Assembly: GCA_043739185.1 (NCBI GenBank) | Contig: JAYUEN010000107.1 | Coordinates: forward strand, 106 to 64,105 | DNA: 64,000 nt | Reading direction: 5' to 3' | DNA from: Bdellovibrionales bacterium | GTDB lineage: Bacteria > Bdellovibrionota > Bdellovibrionia > Bdellovibrionales > JAMPXM01 | Shown: one piece after another, positions 27,941 to 37,320 of the stretch | Layout of the letters: each line of letters opens with the position of its first letter | How positions within the stretch are numbered: the stretch's first letter is position 1 | The notes under the pieces: model-generated | Told to the model about the DNA's origin: nothing | Seen by the model: the letters and a program-made list of their open reading frames with translations, nothing else | The model's database searches: none | Position numbers and translations under genes: made by a program

Positions 27941-29260
27941 ATGCGAACAGATTCTTACTATTCGAAATCTAAACATTGGTTCGCACGCTTTACCTTGAGT
28001 ATTTTTCTTTTGAATTTGGTTTGTGGCAATGGTGTCGCCGCAGATTCACCGTCTGATGGTTTAGCAAATGCGCCAATTGCATCTGAAGCAAAGGAGCCCA
28101 CTCGCTACTCACCTGGGGCCGCCGAGAATGCATTAATAGATGCAGAATATCTGGCCGAACTAGCAAAACTCTATCTTCCTGAAATAAACAGACAGCTTGA
28201 AAATATGGTCCCCATGGCAGACTTGAAATATGAAGAATGGCGCTCACGCAAAATTGCTTACCTAGTGGCTCAGAGTAGCTCCTTTGTTAAGACGCTATCG
28301 AATCAAATCTTTTTAAATCATCCAGATGTTTTGTATTTTCGCATTGGCTACGAAATCGCATCTTGGGCTGCTGTCGCACCTCTTGCCGTGTCTGGTCATC
28401 CAGGTTTGATCGCTGCCCTACATTTTCCTGCAATCGGAACTATATCAACTGGCGCTTACTTCATTACCAAGACGTGGATAGAAAAGCGCCACCTTAAAAA
28501 GCAGTATGGTGTTGATCCCGATAAGGTTGACGATCTTCATATGCGGTTGGTTACGGAGGAGGCGGTTAAATCAATTCGCCTTCACGTTTTAAACGACGAA
28601 AATATGACTCATTTTTTCGCCGTAGGAAAACGTACTGTGCTCAAAGCCACTTCTGGCGAGTATTCTCCAGATTTTATTGCCGTTAACGAGCTCGAAGATT
28701 TGATCGACAATCCAGACTTTCTTAACAAGGCTAGAAACTTGAGTCTCGAGCCAAGCCTTTATGAAGAACTACTAATACAAAAAGTCCTATCAACACCTGA
28801 ATTGAAAACTCGATTAATTGCGAGAGTAAAGTCCCTGAAACCTCTTAATTTTGATTCATGGGGCCTGTGGGTAACTGAAACCGAAGCCTTTTTAAATCGC
28901 GCTCGAGTCGAAGCTACGCTGCAGGAACTCAAGGCAATAAAAATTTTAAAGGCCGCCATAGACTTCAAAACTTTAAAAAATTCTGCAAACTTAGCGGAAT
29001 CTGTAGATGACCGGATTGAACATTTCAAAAAAGTTTATGCCGAAGCTCATGCCCAAAGAAGCATTCTTCGAAAACAAATAATCGATGCCGATGCCGCTCA
29101 GAAAAAGGTAATCGCTGCAATTTTAAAGGGTGAAAAGCCAGATGAAGTAAGCGTAAAGGAAGACTTTCACAGGCAGCGCGCGAGTGTGCTTGTGGGCTTT
29201 GAAATGTATAAAAACTATTATTCAGAATATGCCGTCGTCTGCGAAGATTACTTTAAATAA
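27941..29260 (+). CDS. Hypothetical protein with signal/anchor sequence and hydrophobic segments
   Basis: 439-aa ORF with a hydrophobic N-terminus (FTLSIFLLNLVCGNGVAA), an internal hydrophobic stretch (IASWAAVAPLAVSGHPGLIAALHFPAIGTISTGAYFI) and a helical C-terminal half. No family recognised. Confidence 0.55.
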   Translation: MRTDSYYSKSKHWFARFTLSIFLLNLVCGNGVAADSPSDGLANAPIASEAKEPTRYSPGAAENALIDAEYLAELAKLYLPEINRQLENMVPMADLKYEEWRSRKIAYLVAQSSSFVKTLSNQIFLNHPDVLYFRIGYEIASWAAVAPLAVSGHPGLIAALHFPAIGTISTGAYFITKTWIEKRHLKKQYGVDPDKVDDLHMRLVTEEAVKSIRLHVLNDENMTHFFAVGKRTVLKATSGEYSPDFIAVNELEDLIDNPDFLNKARNLSLEPSLYEELLIQKVLSTPELKTRLIARVKSLKPLNFDSWGLWVTETEAFLNRARVEATLQELKAIKILKAAIDFKTLKNSANLAESVDDRIEHFKKVYAEAHAQRSILRKQIIDADAAQKKVIAAILKGEKPDEVSVKEDFHRQRASVLVGFEMYKNYYSEYAVVCEDYFK

Positions 29261-29362
29261 TTTAGAAATTCAAAATCTGGTAGACAGACTTCAGTTAACA
29301 GAAACCGATAAACTGAAGACAGCTTCGACTCAAGCAACGGCCACAGCAAACATTAAAAAGCC

Positions 29363-29677
29363 ATGCCTATCAGGTTTTTCGTTTTAAAGTCTAGTCTAAG
29401 TCTAGACCCAAATCCCATCACAGTCGAAGTCAGCGACCATGGTGATAATTCACTGAGCTTTCCGGTTGTTGGCATTGAAAATAGTGATAGTCGAGCTCTG
29501 CTTCAGTTTCAAGATGGACCATTTTATACAGCGCTTGTTGTCGACGGTGGAAGCCGTATTTTAGGAAGTATCAATTCAAATCAAATGTTTTTAAAAGTTG
29601 TTCCGGATCAGAATAATTATCTCTTGTTGCCAAGTGGCAGTCCCGTTGAAGAACAATACAGCATTCGAATTCCCTAG
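29363..29677 (+). CDS. Small hypothetical protein
   Basis: 104-aa ORF with no recognisable motif. A 9-bp-stem hairpin follows at about 29690-29716. Confidence 0.35.
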   Translation: MPIRFFVLKSSLSLDPNPITVEVSDHGDNSLSFPVVGIENSDSRALLQFQDGPFYTALVVDGGSRILGSINSNQMFLKVVPDQNNYLLLPSGSPVEEQYSIRIP

Positions 29678-29945
29678 GGCAGATCCTGTTCTTGTCGAAT
29701 TTTTTATTCGACAAGTGGCGCGCATTTCTACAGTCTGAAATCACTGTCTCGAATTGAATCGACCGCCTCAAATCATTCATTTCTATTGCGTTTTGAACTC
29801 AAAATCTTAGGCCTTGGTCTAGATCGTCTAAGCATTATTCGATATTTTCGAGAAAATTAAAGTTGTCCATTTTATTGACGATAAGAAGTTATGCAATGCT
29901 GGAGAACTTTAAAAGTATCTCCATAAACTTTAGAGGGAGTCGGTC

Positions 29946-31502
29946 ATGATTAATTGGGATGAATTTGATCATATACATGTGATTAAAAAATTAAAGCAAA
30001 TCTTAGGTGCTTGGTGGAGCATTGATGTCGTATTCACAGATGAGCGCGGCTATCTAAGAGGCTTTGACAAATCAAAGACGGCTACATTTAATCCCGCGGT
30101 ATCTACTTATTTAAATAAGGATGCCGGCGCCGAAAACTTTTCAGGCTTGGTAACCAAAGCTCTCGACGATATGAGGCTTTCTGAAAATCGATATAGTTTT
30201 CGTAAGTGGGAAATGGCGGGCTTTGATGTCGCGGTATTTCCGATAATGATCGACAATGACGTTATGGGTTCGGTTGTGGCAATGGGCTTTTTCAAAGATC
30301 AATCTACGCCTCAACGCCTTGAAGAAATTAGAGAGCGCCTCGCAGCCTTTGGCGCTTCTTCGGATGTCATTGAAGCCTCACTCACTAAGTTTAAATATTT
30401 AGACGATGCGGATCGTGAGCACTTTAGCGAACTGGTAGATCTGGTTGCACAAGAAGTAATTACTCTGCATGTTGAGATCACTCAAAGAGAAAATCGCATC
30501 AAAGAACTCAACAAAGAATTGGGCTCACGTTATAAATACGATAATATGATTGGTAAATCGAAGCCAATGCAATCGTTGTATGCTCTTCTTGATAAAGTTA
30601 AAACCGCAGACAGCACGGTTCTCATTCAAGGAGAAAATGGTACTGGTAAAGAATTGATCGCCAAAGCTATTCACTACAATTCGGTTCGCAAAGAGAAGTC
30701 ATTTGTTATTCAGAACTGCTCTGCTTTCAATGACAATTTACTTGAGTCCGAATTATTTGGACACGTAAAGGGTTCTTTCACTGGCGCGATCAAAGATAAA
30801 AAGGGCTTGTTTGAAATCGCAGATAAAGGGACCTTCTTTTTAGATGAGATTGGTGATACTTCTCCGCAAATGCAAGTGAAGCTACTTCGAGTTTTACAAG
30901 AAGGGACTTTTACTCCTGTTGGAGCAACCGAGCCCCGCAAGGTAGACGTTCGAATTATCGCAGCGACCAATCGTACCCTCAAAGATATGGTTGAAGCTGG
31001 AACCTTTAGAGAAGACTTATTTTATCGCTTAAACGTTATTAATATTCGTGTTCCACCCTTGCGAGAGCGCAAAGAGGATATTCCGGTTTTGGCAGAATTC
31101 TTTCTTTCGAAATCAGCCGAAAAGGGCGGTCCGAAAAAGATTTTGACTAAGAGAGCCCTTGAAAAGCTCTATGACTATCCATTTCCAGGAAATGTGAGAG
31201 AACTGCAAAATGAGATGGAGCGCCTCGTGGTGTTGAGTGGTGTTGAGACGAAATTGACTGCCGATATGCTTTCGCCAAAAATTATTGAAGCAAGTGATAA
31301 AGGCAAAGTTCAAGGTGCACGCGTACACGGAAAACTCAAGGATGCACTTGAAGACCTTGAGAGAGATTTAATTAAAGATGGCTTGCGCAGAACTGGCTGG
31401 AACAAATCGAAACTCGCAAAAGAACTTGGCATTAGCCGCGCCGGCCTCATTATGAAGGTCGAAAAGTACGGTCTCGATAAGAGACGTTTGTTGAAAGCTT
31501 AG
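29946..31502 (+). CDS. Sigma-54-dependent transcriptional activator (bEBP) with an N-terminal sensory domain and a Fis-type HTH
   Basis: AAA+ Walker A GENGTGKELIAKAIH, sigma-54 contact loop GSFTGA (GAFTGA variant), ESELFGH, Walker B FFLDEIG and C-terminal HTH KSKLAKELGISRAGLIMKVEKYGL. An AGAGGGAG Shine-Dalgarno lies upstream. Confidence 0.9.
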   Translation: MINWDEFDHIHVIKKLKQILGAWWSIDVVFTDERGYLRGFDKSKTATFNPAVSTYLNKDAGAENFSGLVTKALDDMRLSENRYSFRKWEMAGFDVAVFPIMIDNDVMGSVVAMGFFKDQSTPQRLEEIRERLAAFGASSDVIEASLTKFKYLDDADREHFSELVDLVAQEVITLHVEITQRENRIKELNKELGSRYKYDNMIGKSKPMQSLYALLDKVKTADSTVLIQGENGTGKELIAKAIHYNSVRKEKSFVIQNCSAFNDNLLESELFGHVKGSFTGAIKDKKGLFEIADKGTFFLDEIGDTSPQMQVKLLRVLQEGTFTPVGATEPRKVDVRIIAATNRTLKDMVEAGTFREDLFYRLNVINIRVPPLRERKEDIPVLAEFFLSKSAEKGGPKKILTKRALEKLYDYPFPGNVRELQNEMERLVVLSGVETKLTADMLSPKIIEASDKGKVQGARVHGKLKDALEDLERDLIKDGLRRTGWNKSKLAKELGISRAGLIMKVEKYGLDKRRLLKA

Positions 31503-31535
31503 TTTTCAGACTCTAAAATAAACATTTTCGAAATT

Positions 31536-31564
31536 GAGAGCGCCCTAAAGGCGCTCTTTTTTTG
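31536..31564 (+). terminator. Rho-independent terminator after the bEBP gene
   Basis: GAGAGCGCC / GGCGCTCTT stem with a CTAAA loop, followed by a T-run (TCTTTTTTT). Confidence 0.75.
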
Positions 31565-31771
31565 GGGGCCATTCGATCTGCAGGCTGATCTCCGAAACTG
31601 CCATACGGTTTACAGCTGCTGCTGCCGTTTAAACTGCTTTGAATTCTAGATTTAAAACCAGAACAACGAGAAGAAAATAGAGCCAATTCGCCGTCGAGAA
31701 ACTAGCCACTTGACCATAAAATGTTCATTGATTTTTTGCTCGGGAATCTTGATTTCTTAGGGTATAATTGA

Positions 31772-32191
31772 GTGATGTGCACGCGATTTATATTAGACTC
31801 CATTTTAATTGTTCTTCTAAGCTTTGTTGTTTCATCGTGCGTAACTTCTAAGGAGAAGCGCGTTGAACAGATTCGCGTTGGTATGCTCAAGGATGAAGTT
31901 TTAGAAGCCGCAGGTTCTCCTACCACTTTTGCTCGAAGCCAGGGTCGAGACCGCTGGATCTACAGAGTCGTAAAGGGGTCTGATATCAACTCTATTGAAG
32001 TTCAATTTATTGGTGGCAAGGCTGTTTATGTTGGTCCGCCGCCGGTACCTGCTCTCAGCGCAGAGGAACAAGATAAATACAATCAGCTATACAATCAAAA
32101 GCAAGAGGCCGCCGAGAATCGCATAATTGAAGAACGCAAGAAAAAGAAGCGCGCGCTACACCCACAAGACCCTGTCGAAGAAGATCTTTAG
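31772..32191 (+). CDS. BamE/SmpA-OmlA-like outer-membrane lipoprotein
   Basis: Lipobox LSFVVSSC and an SmpA_OmlA-like core IRVGMLKDEVLEAAGSPTTFARSQGRDRWIYRV. A basic C-terminal tail follows. A perfect TATAAT lies about 10 nt upstream. Confidence 0.5.
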   Translation: MMCTRFILDSILIVLLSFVVSSCVTSKEKRVEQIRVGMLKDEVLEAAGSPTTFARSQGRDRWIYRVVKGSDINSIEVQFIGGKAVYVGPPPVPALSAEEQDKYNQLYNQKQEAAENRIIEERKKKKRALHPQDPVEEDL

Positions 32192-32213
32192 AACCCTTAG
32201 ATTTCAATAATAT

Positions 32214-32825
32214 TTATTTAGCCAGTACGATGCGCTTCGGATCAACGACTGCCGCTGGCTTTCGCTCTAATTCTGCCTCAGTCGAGACCGCTGGCTTTTT
32301 ATGTTCGACTGAATAGTGAAGATCAAAGTTGGTTTTGGTTTTATCTAACTTACCTTGAATGCTGAGGTCAAAGTGGCTCTCGTCTGCCGACAGAGGTTCT
32401 TCGCGCTGATATTTATGCGCCGAAAAATTTCCTTTTTCAGGATGCTTAAAGCGAATGTGTAACAGCAATTTTTTATAATCCGCATAATCTTTCTTCATTT
32501 CATCACTCTTGAGTGTAATCAACTTTGAAAGCTCAACAATTTCATAGGACTTTTTAGTCTCTGCCTTTTTGACGTATAGCTCTTCAATTTCCGCTTTGGA
32601 TTTTTCTAAAACACTCTTCAACTTTTGCACTCGCGTTTCATCGTCGCGCCACTCTCTGGTCAATGCATCTTCTAGCGGCTTTTTAATGGTTTTCTCGGCG
32701 CCTTCTTCTTCAACGCCCGGTAAGGGTGGCGCCTCGCCCGCACGCGCCCAACAGGCCAATAAAAATAAAATAATAAAAAGAAGTTTAGGGAGCGGAGCTA
32801 TTCTGTTCGGCCTGTGTAATCGCAT
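32214..32825 (-). CDS. Secreted charged/coiled-coil hypothetical protein
   Basis: 203-aa ORF with signal peptide LLFIILFLLACWARAG and a K/E-rich helical body. It overlaps the upstream gene by 41 nt. Confidence 0.5.
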   Translation of the reverse strand: MRLHRPNRIAPLPKLLFIILFLLACWARAGEAPPLPGVEEEGAEKTIKKPLEDALTREWRDDETRVQKLKSVLEKSKAEIEELYVKKAETKKSYEIVELSKLITLKSDEMKKDYADYKKLLLHIRFKHPEKGNFSAHKYQREEPLSADESHFDLSIQGKLDKTKTNFDLHYSVEHKKPAVSTEAELERKPAAVVDPKRIVLAK

Positions 32826-33447
32826 ATTGGTCCCACCGAATTTTCACCGGCAAGCGCTTGATCCGATTGATCAAAATGGAAGCCTTGACGGGCGACAAAT
32901 TCTTCAACAACAACTCGCCTTTTTTAATCTGAGCAATAATGGCTTGAGCGTCCCAGTTGAAGCGAGTGTCGTTAATAGCTTCTCGTAAAAATTCACGAAT
33001 TTCTTTAGAGTCAATGTCTGATATTGAGACGTTATAGACAAATGCTCCATCTTTTCCTTGAGAAAATTCAGAATTCGCGTATTCGCTTATGTTCAAGCTT
33101 TCTGTACCGGGTTGAAGATTCGCAAATGGATCATTCTGAGAAATTTCAACTGGCGGCGGAGCATCGGATTGAAAAAGTGAAAAGCCAGAGCTGGGATCTT
33201 TGCCTTCCATTTGAGTCAGCTCAAGCACTGCAATCTGAGAAACCTCTTGTCCATCATTCACCGCGACGGTTGGCGCCGTCGGCGTACTCACGGCCGCAAT
33301 AGGGGCGGGTGCTGTTGGCTGAGCGGTCGCCACACTTTCAACGATATTGCCGTTGAAGTCGAGAACCGATGGGTGCCCACAACTCGGACAAAGCACAAGA
33401 CCCGAATCCTGTAATAGCTCTGCCTGACATTTTGGACAATTTGCCAT
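32785..33447 (-). CDS. Zinc-ribbon protein of unknown function
   Basis: N-terminal MANCPKCQAELLQDSGLVLCPSCGH (CxxC-N13-CxxC), a P/A/T-rich linker and a conserved-looking C-terminal domain. It starts 12 nt after the secA stop. Confidence 0.5.
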   Translation of the reverse strand: MANCPKCQAELLQDSGLVLCPSCGHPSVLDFNGNIVESVATAQPTAPAPIAAVSTPTAPTVAVNDGQEVSQIAVLELTQMEGKDPSSGFSLFQSDAPPPVEISQNDPFANLQPGTESLNISEYANSEFSQGKDGAFVYNVSISDIDSKEIREFLREAINDTRFNWDAQAIIAQIKKGELLLKNLSPVKASILINRIKRLPVKIRWDQYAITQAEQNSSAP

Positions 33448-33458
33448 CTAGTCCCTCA

Positions 33459-36167
33459 CTAAAATCGCTTTTTCTTTTTGTTTCGCTCAAGTTCTCGGCG
33501 ATCTTTGCGTGACATATTCGAGCCACCTGCGCCGCTCCCACCGCCACCTTCACCACCGCCCGAATAGATGAGGCGTTGTTTGCGTTTGGGTTGAAGTGCT
33601 TGTAGCGCAACTTCAGAGTCTGCATTGCCGCTATCATCGTCCTCATAGTCTTCGTCAGACTCTTCGCTTTCAGGGTCCATGATTTCTTTGGGCGGCTGGT
33701 GCGGCTCACCTTGTTGCTGTTGCACCAACTGAATTTTTAAGAACTTCTCTACTACTTCGGCTTTAATTGCGAAGTTCATTTCTTCGAATTTTTTAAAAGC
33801 CTCTTGCTTGTATTCGACGAGAGGATCTTTCTGTGCATAAGCACGCAAATTGATCCATTCGCGAAGCTGATCAATTCCCTGCAAATGATCTTTCCAACGT
33901 TGATCAATGGTTTGCAACAAAATCATTTTCTCAACTTGTTTAAAGTACGGACCGAGCTTCACGATTTGTTCGTCGAAGGCGCGCTTCACTTCTTTTTTTA
34001 CAACTTCGGTCAGCTCCGCAGCACTATGAATATTTCCGGGGCTGAGAGCGAGCTGCAAGCCGTACTGTTGAACAATTGCGGTGCTGAGGCCTGGCAAATT
34101 CCATTGTTCAGGCTTCAATCTCTCTTCTGCAAAAGTATCTAATATTGTACCGGTCACATCGGACAACATATCTACGATAATCTGATCAAGGCGATCACCA
34201 CCTTGAAGAACTTCTTTTCTCAAACCATAAATTACGAGGCGTTGCTTATTCATGACGTCGTCGTATTCTAATAAATGCTTTCGAATGTCAAAATTGTGAC
34301 CTTCTACTTTTCTTTGTGCGCCTTCAATCGAAGAAGAAACCATCCCTGCTGTGATCGGCTCGTCTTCTGGCATATTCATCGCATTCATGAGCTTTTGAAT
34401 TCTTTCGCCATTGAACTTTCTCATGAGATCATCATCAAGCGCCAAATAAAATCGCGATGCGCCCGGATCGCCTTGGCGACCTGAACGGCCCCGCAATTGA
34501 TTGTCGATACGACGAGACTCGTGTCTTTCGGTTCCGATAATTTTGAGTCCACCGGCCTCGATCACTTGTTTTTTTTCAGCCTCGCAAACGTTTTTGAAAT
34601 CTTCGACCGCCTTGTGAAACTCCTCACTTTCGTGATCTTTTACTTTGTGCTTTGCCAGTCCTTCAGGGTTTCCGCCAAGCACAATATCAGTGCCTCGGCC
34701 GGCCATATTGGTGGCAATGGTGACAGATCCTTTGCGACCCGCTTGTGCTACAATTTCTGCTTCGCGCTCGTGAGCTTTCGCATTTAAAACATTATGTGGA
34801 ATGCCCGCGCGTTTGAGATATGTACTAATATGTTCGGAACGCTCAATACTCACAGTACCGACTAGAACCGGCTGACCCATTTTTTGACATTCAATAATAT
34901 CTTTTATGATGGCGTTGTATTTGCCGTTGGCATTTTTATAAATCACGTCTTCGGTATCAAGTCTGCGTACCGGCCTATTGGTAGGAATTACCGAAACCTC
35001 GAGATTATAAATCTTTTTCATCTCGACAGCTTCGGTTTCAGCAGTTCCCGTCATGCCGGCAAGCTTTTTATACATTCGAAATAAGTTTTGAAACGTGATG
35101 GTTGCAAGCGTTTGATTTTCATTTTTTACTTTAACATTCTCTTTCGCTTCAACGGCTTGGTGAAGACCATCACTCCAGCGGCGCCCCTCCATCAGGCGAC
35201 CCGTGAATTCATCGACAATGATGACTTCATCATCTTTCACCATATAGTCGACATCTTTTGAGTAAAGGTGATGCGCTTTTAGCCCCTGATAAATATGATG
35301 CAAGAGCGCGATATGTTCAGGGTCATACAAATTGCCAATCTTAAGAAGTTCTTCGCAGCGAGAGTTGCCGTCTTCAGTCAAAGAAACTGTTTTGGTTTTC
35401 TCCTCCATAGTGAAATCGATTTCTTTTTTCAAAAATGGAATGATCGCATTGATTGTATAATATTTATCAACCGCATCTTCTGCAGCACCTGAGATAATGA
35501 GCGGCGTTCGCGCCTCATCAATCAAAATCGAGTCACACTCATCGACAATTGCAAAGTTGAGCGGGCGCTGCGTGTATTCGCGCAAGTCAAACTTCATATT
35601 GTCGCGCAAATAGTCGAAACCTAATTCGTTATTAGTTGCATAGGTGATGTCGGCATTATAGGCCTCTTGCTTTTCTTCATCACTTTGCCCGTGCTTGATC
35701 ACTCCGGTTTTGAGTCCCAGCCAAGAATAAAGTTTGCCCATCCATTCGGCGTCACGACTTGCAAGATAGTCATTCACCGTCACGACGTGAACACCTTTGC
35801 CCTCAAGCGCATTCAAATAAACTGCTAAGGTAGCAACAAGTGTTTTGCCTTCCCCGGTTTTCATCTCAGCAATACATCCACGGTGTAAAATTATACCGCC
35901 GATGAGCTGCACATCATAATGGCGCATTCCTAGCACCCTTGTTGAGGCTTCGCGACAGACGGCAAAAGCTTCAGGCAAAATTTGATCTAAGCTTTCACCT
36001 TTTGCGAGGCGGGCTTTGAACTCAGGCGTTTTTTGTTGGAGCTCAGCGTCCGAGAGCGACTTCATTTTTGCATCAAAAGAATTAACATTATCAACAATCG
36101 GCTGAAGTCGCTTCATTTCACGTTGATGTTGAGTTCCAAAAACTTTCGCTAACAATGTGGTAACCAT
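33459..36167 (-). CDS. secA: Preprotein translocase ATPase SecA
   Basis: N-terminal LLAKVFGTQHQREMKRLQPIV, Walker A MKTGEGKTL and DEAD-like VDECDSILIDEARTPLIISG. The start is placed at ATG 36167, preceded by a GAGGA Shine-Dalgarno. The ORF-track TTG at 36179 is less likely. Confidence 0.95.
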   Translation of the reverse strand: MVTTLLAKVFGTQHQREMKRLQPIVDNVNSFDAKMKSLSDAELQQKTPEFKARLAKGESLDQILPEAFAVCREASTRVLGMRHYDVQLIGGIILHRGCIAEMKTGEGKTLVATLAVYLNALEGKGVHVVTVNDYLASRDAEWMGKLYSWLGLKTGVIKHGQSDEEKQEAYNADITYATNNELGFDYLRDNMKFDLREYTQRPLNFAIVDECDSILIDEARTPLIISGAAEDAVDKYYTINAIIPFLKKEIDFTMEEKTKTVSLTEDGNSRCEELLKIGNLYDPEHIALLHHIYQGLKAHHLYSKDVDYMVKDDEVIIVDEFTGRLMEGRRWSDGLHQAVEAKENVKVKNENQTLATITFQNLFRMYKKLAGMTGTAETEAVEMKKIYNLEVSVIPTNRPVRRLDTEDVIYKNANGKYNAIIKDIIECQKMGQPVLVGTVSIERSEHISTYLKRAGIPHNVLNAKAHEREAEIVAQAGRKGSVTIATNMAGRGTDIVLGGNPEGLAKHKVKDHESEEFHKAVEDFKNVCEAEKKQVIEAGGLKIIGTERHESRRIDNQLRGRSGRQGDPGASRFYLALDDDLMRKFNGERIQKLMNAMNMPEDEPITAGMVSSSIEGAQRKVEGHNFDIRKHLLEYDDVMNKQRLVIYGLRKEVLQGGDRLDQIIVDMLSDVTGTILDTFAEERLKPEQWNLPGLSTAIVQQYGLQLALSPGNIHSAAELTEVVKKEVKRAFDEQIVKLGPYFKQVEKMILLQTIDQRWKDHLQGIDQLREWINLRAYAQKDPLVEYKQEAFKKFEEMNFAIKAEVVEKFLKIQLVQQQQGEPHQPPKEIMDPESEESDEDYEDDDSGNADSEVALQALQPKRKQRLIYSGGGEGGGGSGAGGSNMSRKDRRELERNKKKKRF

Positions 36168-36324
36168 AATAATCCTCAAAATCCTCTAATCAAAAGAGAC
36201 AAATTTCTCAGTGATTATGATATCATGAAGATTGGCCTGCGATCTATCTAAACCTCATGGCTAAGCAATTCGGGGCACGCTTAACGCGAAGCCAAACGAA
36301 GCCTCGGAATCAAAGGATACTGGC

Positions 36325-37317
36325 CTATAAATTCATTTTGTAATTAGCTTCAAAATCCGCAATTTGGGTGCCCGCATAAAGTTGCTTTATCGTTTTGAAA
36401 ACCATGTCCTCATCAGAAATCCAAAAAGCTTCTCGGCGCGAGACTTCAAGATTACGCGCCTGCTCCTCTAAAACACGAAAATCCTGCCTGACCAAAATCC
36501 CGGTAAAGAATTTGAACATTGGCTTTTTTACTAATCTAAAAAACCCGGCTTTTTTAAATTGAAAAACCAGTGACCCGGCGCTCATCCTTTCCTTTCTTTC
36601 GCTTACAAAAAGACTAACTCTTAAATCCAGGCCTGCCGGGCTCCAGTACTCCAGTACGGCCACATCCGGATGAAAATACTTGCCAATTGTTTTGCTTCGC
36701 TGGCCTTCAAATATTTGACTGATGATACCCTTCGGGGTGGCTTCATTTAAATATTCAACCGAAAGGCATTGCTCCGTTGATTGATAGCGTGCCTTTACGT
36801 CTACCGAAACCCGATCACTCGAAGCTCTCAAAAAAGGCGCATGAATATAATGGGTATGAAGTGGATCAAGTAAGTTTTCTAGAATATGAATTTTCTGCGC
36901 CTTAATGCTGCAGCTATGACGAAAGCCGTCCATCTCTGCTTCTTCGAGGTTGGTCATCCAAGTCGGCAAAGCGGTTTCCGAATGATCTGAAATAAAAAGC
37001 AGTTCGCCAAAATTTCGAATCGCAAAACTCTTCAAACAAAGTTTTGGTGTCAGACCTTCGACAAAGCCAGGCCGCGCCAGGAGATTCCCTAGAGAATCAA
37101 AGCTCCAGCCATGATAGGAGCATTTTAAGTTGTACTCCTCGCCTGTTTTTTCAAGCAGGCCCTCACTCAGCGGAAAGCCGCGATGCGGGCAGTAGTCTAA
37201 AAATGCGCGATAAGTTTTCTTTACTTGGAATACAACAATCGCCTGTCCTTTAAAAAACAAGCGATTGGGGCGACCTTCTACTAAGTTTTTCGAATCCTCC
37301 AGAAAATGCCAGCTCAC
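36325..37317 (-). CDS. Rieske [2Fe-2S] non-heme-iron oxygenase
   Basis: Rieske ligands CPHRGFPL ... CSYHGWSF and mononuclear iron motif DPLHTHYIH (D-x2-H-x4-H). It starts 3 nt after the stop of the upstream 470-aa gene. Confidence 0.85.
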   Translation of the reverse strand: MSWHFLEDSKNLVEGRPNRLFFKGQAIVVFQVKKTYRAFLDYCPHRGFPLSEGLLEKTGEEYNLKCSYHGWSFDSLGNLLARPGFVEGLTPKLCLKSFAIRNFGELLFISDHSETALPTWMTNLEEAEMDGFRHSCSIKAQKIHILENLLDPLHTHYIHAPFLRASSDRVSVDVKARYQSTEQCLSVEYLNEATPKGIISQIFEGQRSKTIGKYFHPDVAVLEYWSPAGLDLRVSLFVSERKERMSAGSLVFQFKKAGFFRLVKKPMFKFFTGILVRQDFRVLEEQARNLEVSRREAFWISDEDMVFKTIKQLYAGTQIADFEANYKMNL

Positions 37318-37320
37318 AGA

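Noticed and set aside
31702-31926. A 74-aa minus-strand ORF.
   Set aside because: It overlaps the BamE-like lipoprotein gene on the opposite strand, and that gene has a lipobox and a family-like core. The minus-strand ORF has no supporting features.
36273-36288. A GG-N10-GC sigma-54-like string (GGGCACGCTTAACGCG) on the plus strand.
   Set aside because: The -12 element is CGC rather than TGC. No plus-strand gene lies downstream, since the region sits between the Rieske gene 3' end and the secA start, both on the minus strand.
36287-36303. Direct repeat CGAAGCC-AAA-CGAAGCC, with a similar string CGAAGGCAACGAAGCT at 12111-12126.
   Set aside because: The similarity is only about 17 nt in two places and the composition is low-complexity. 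I cannot distinguish it from chance without a genome-wide count.
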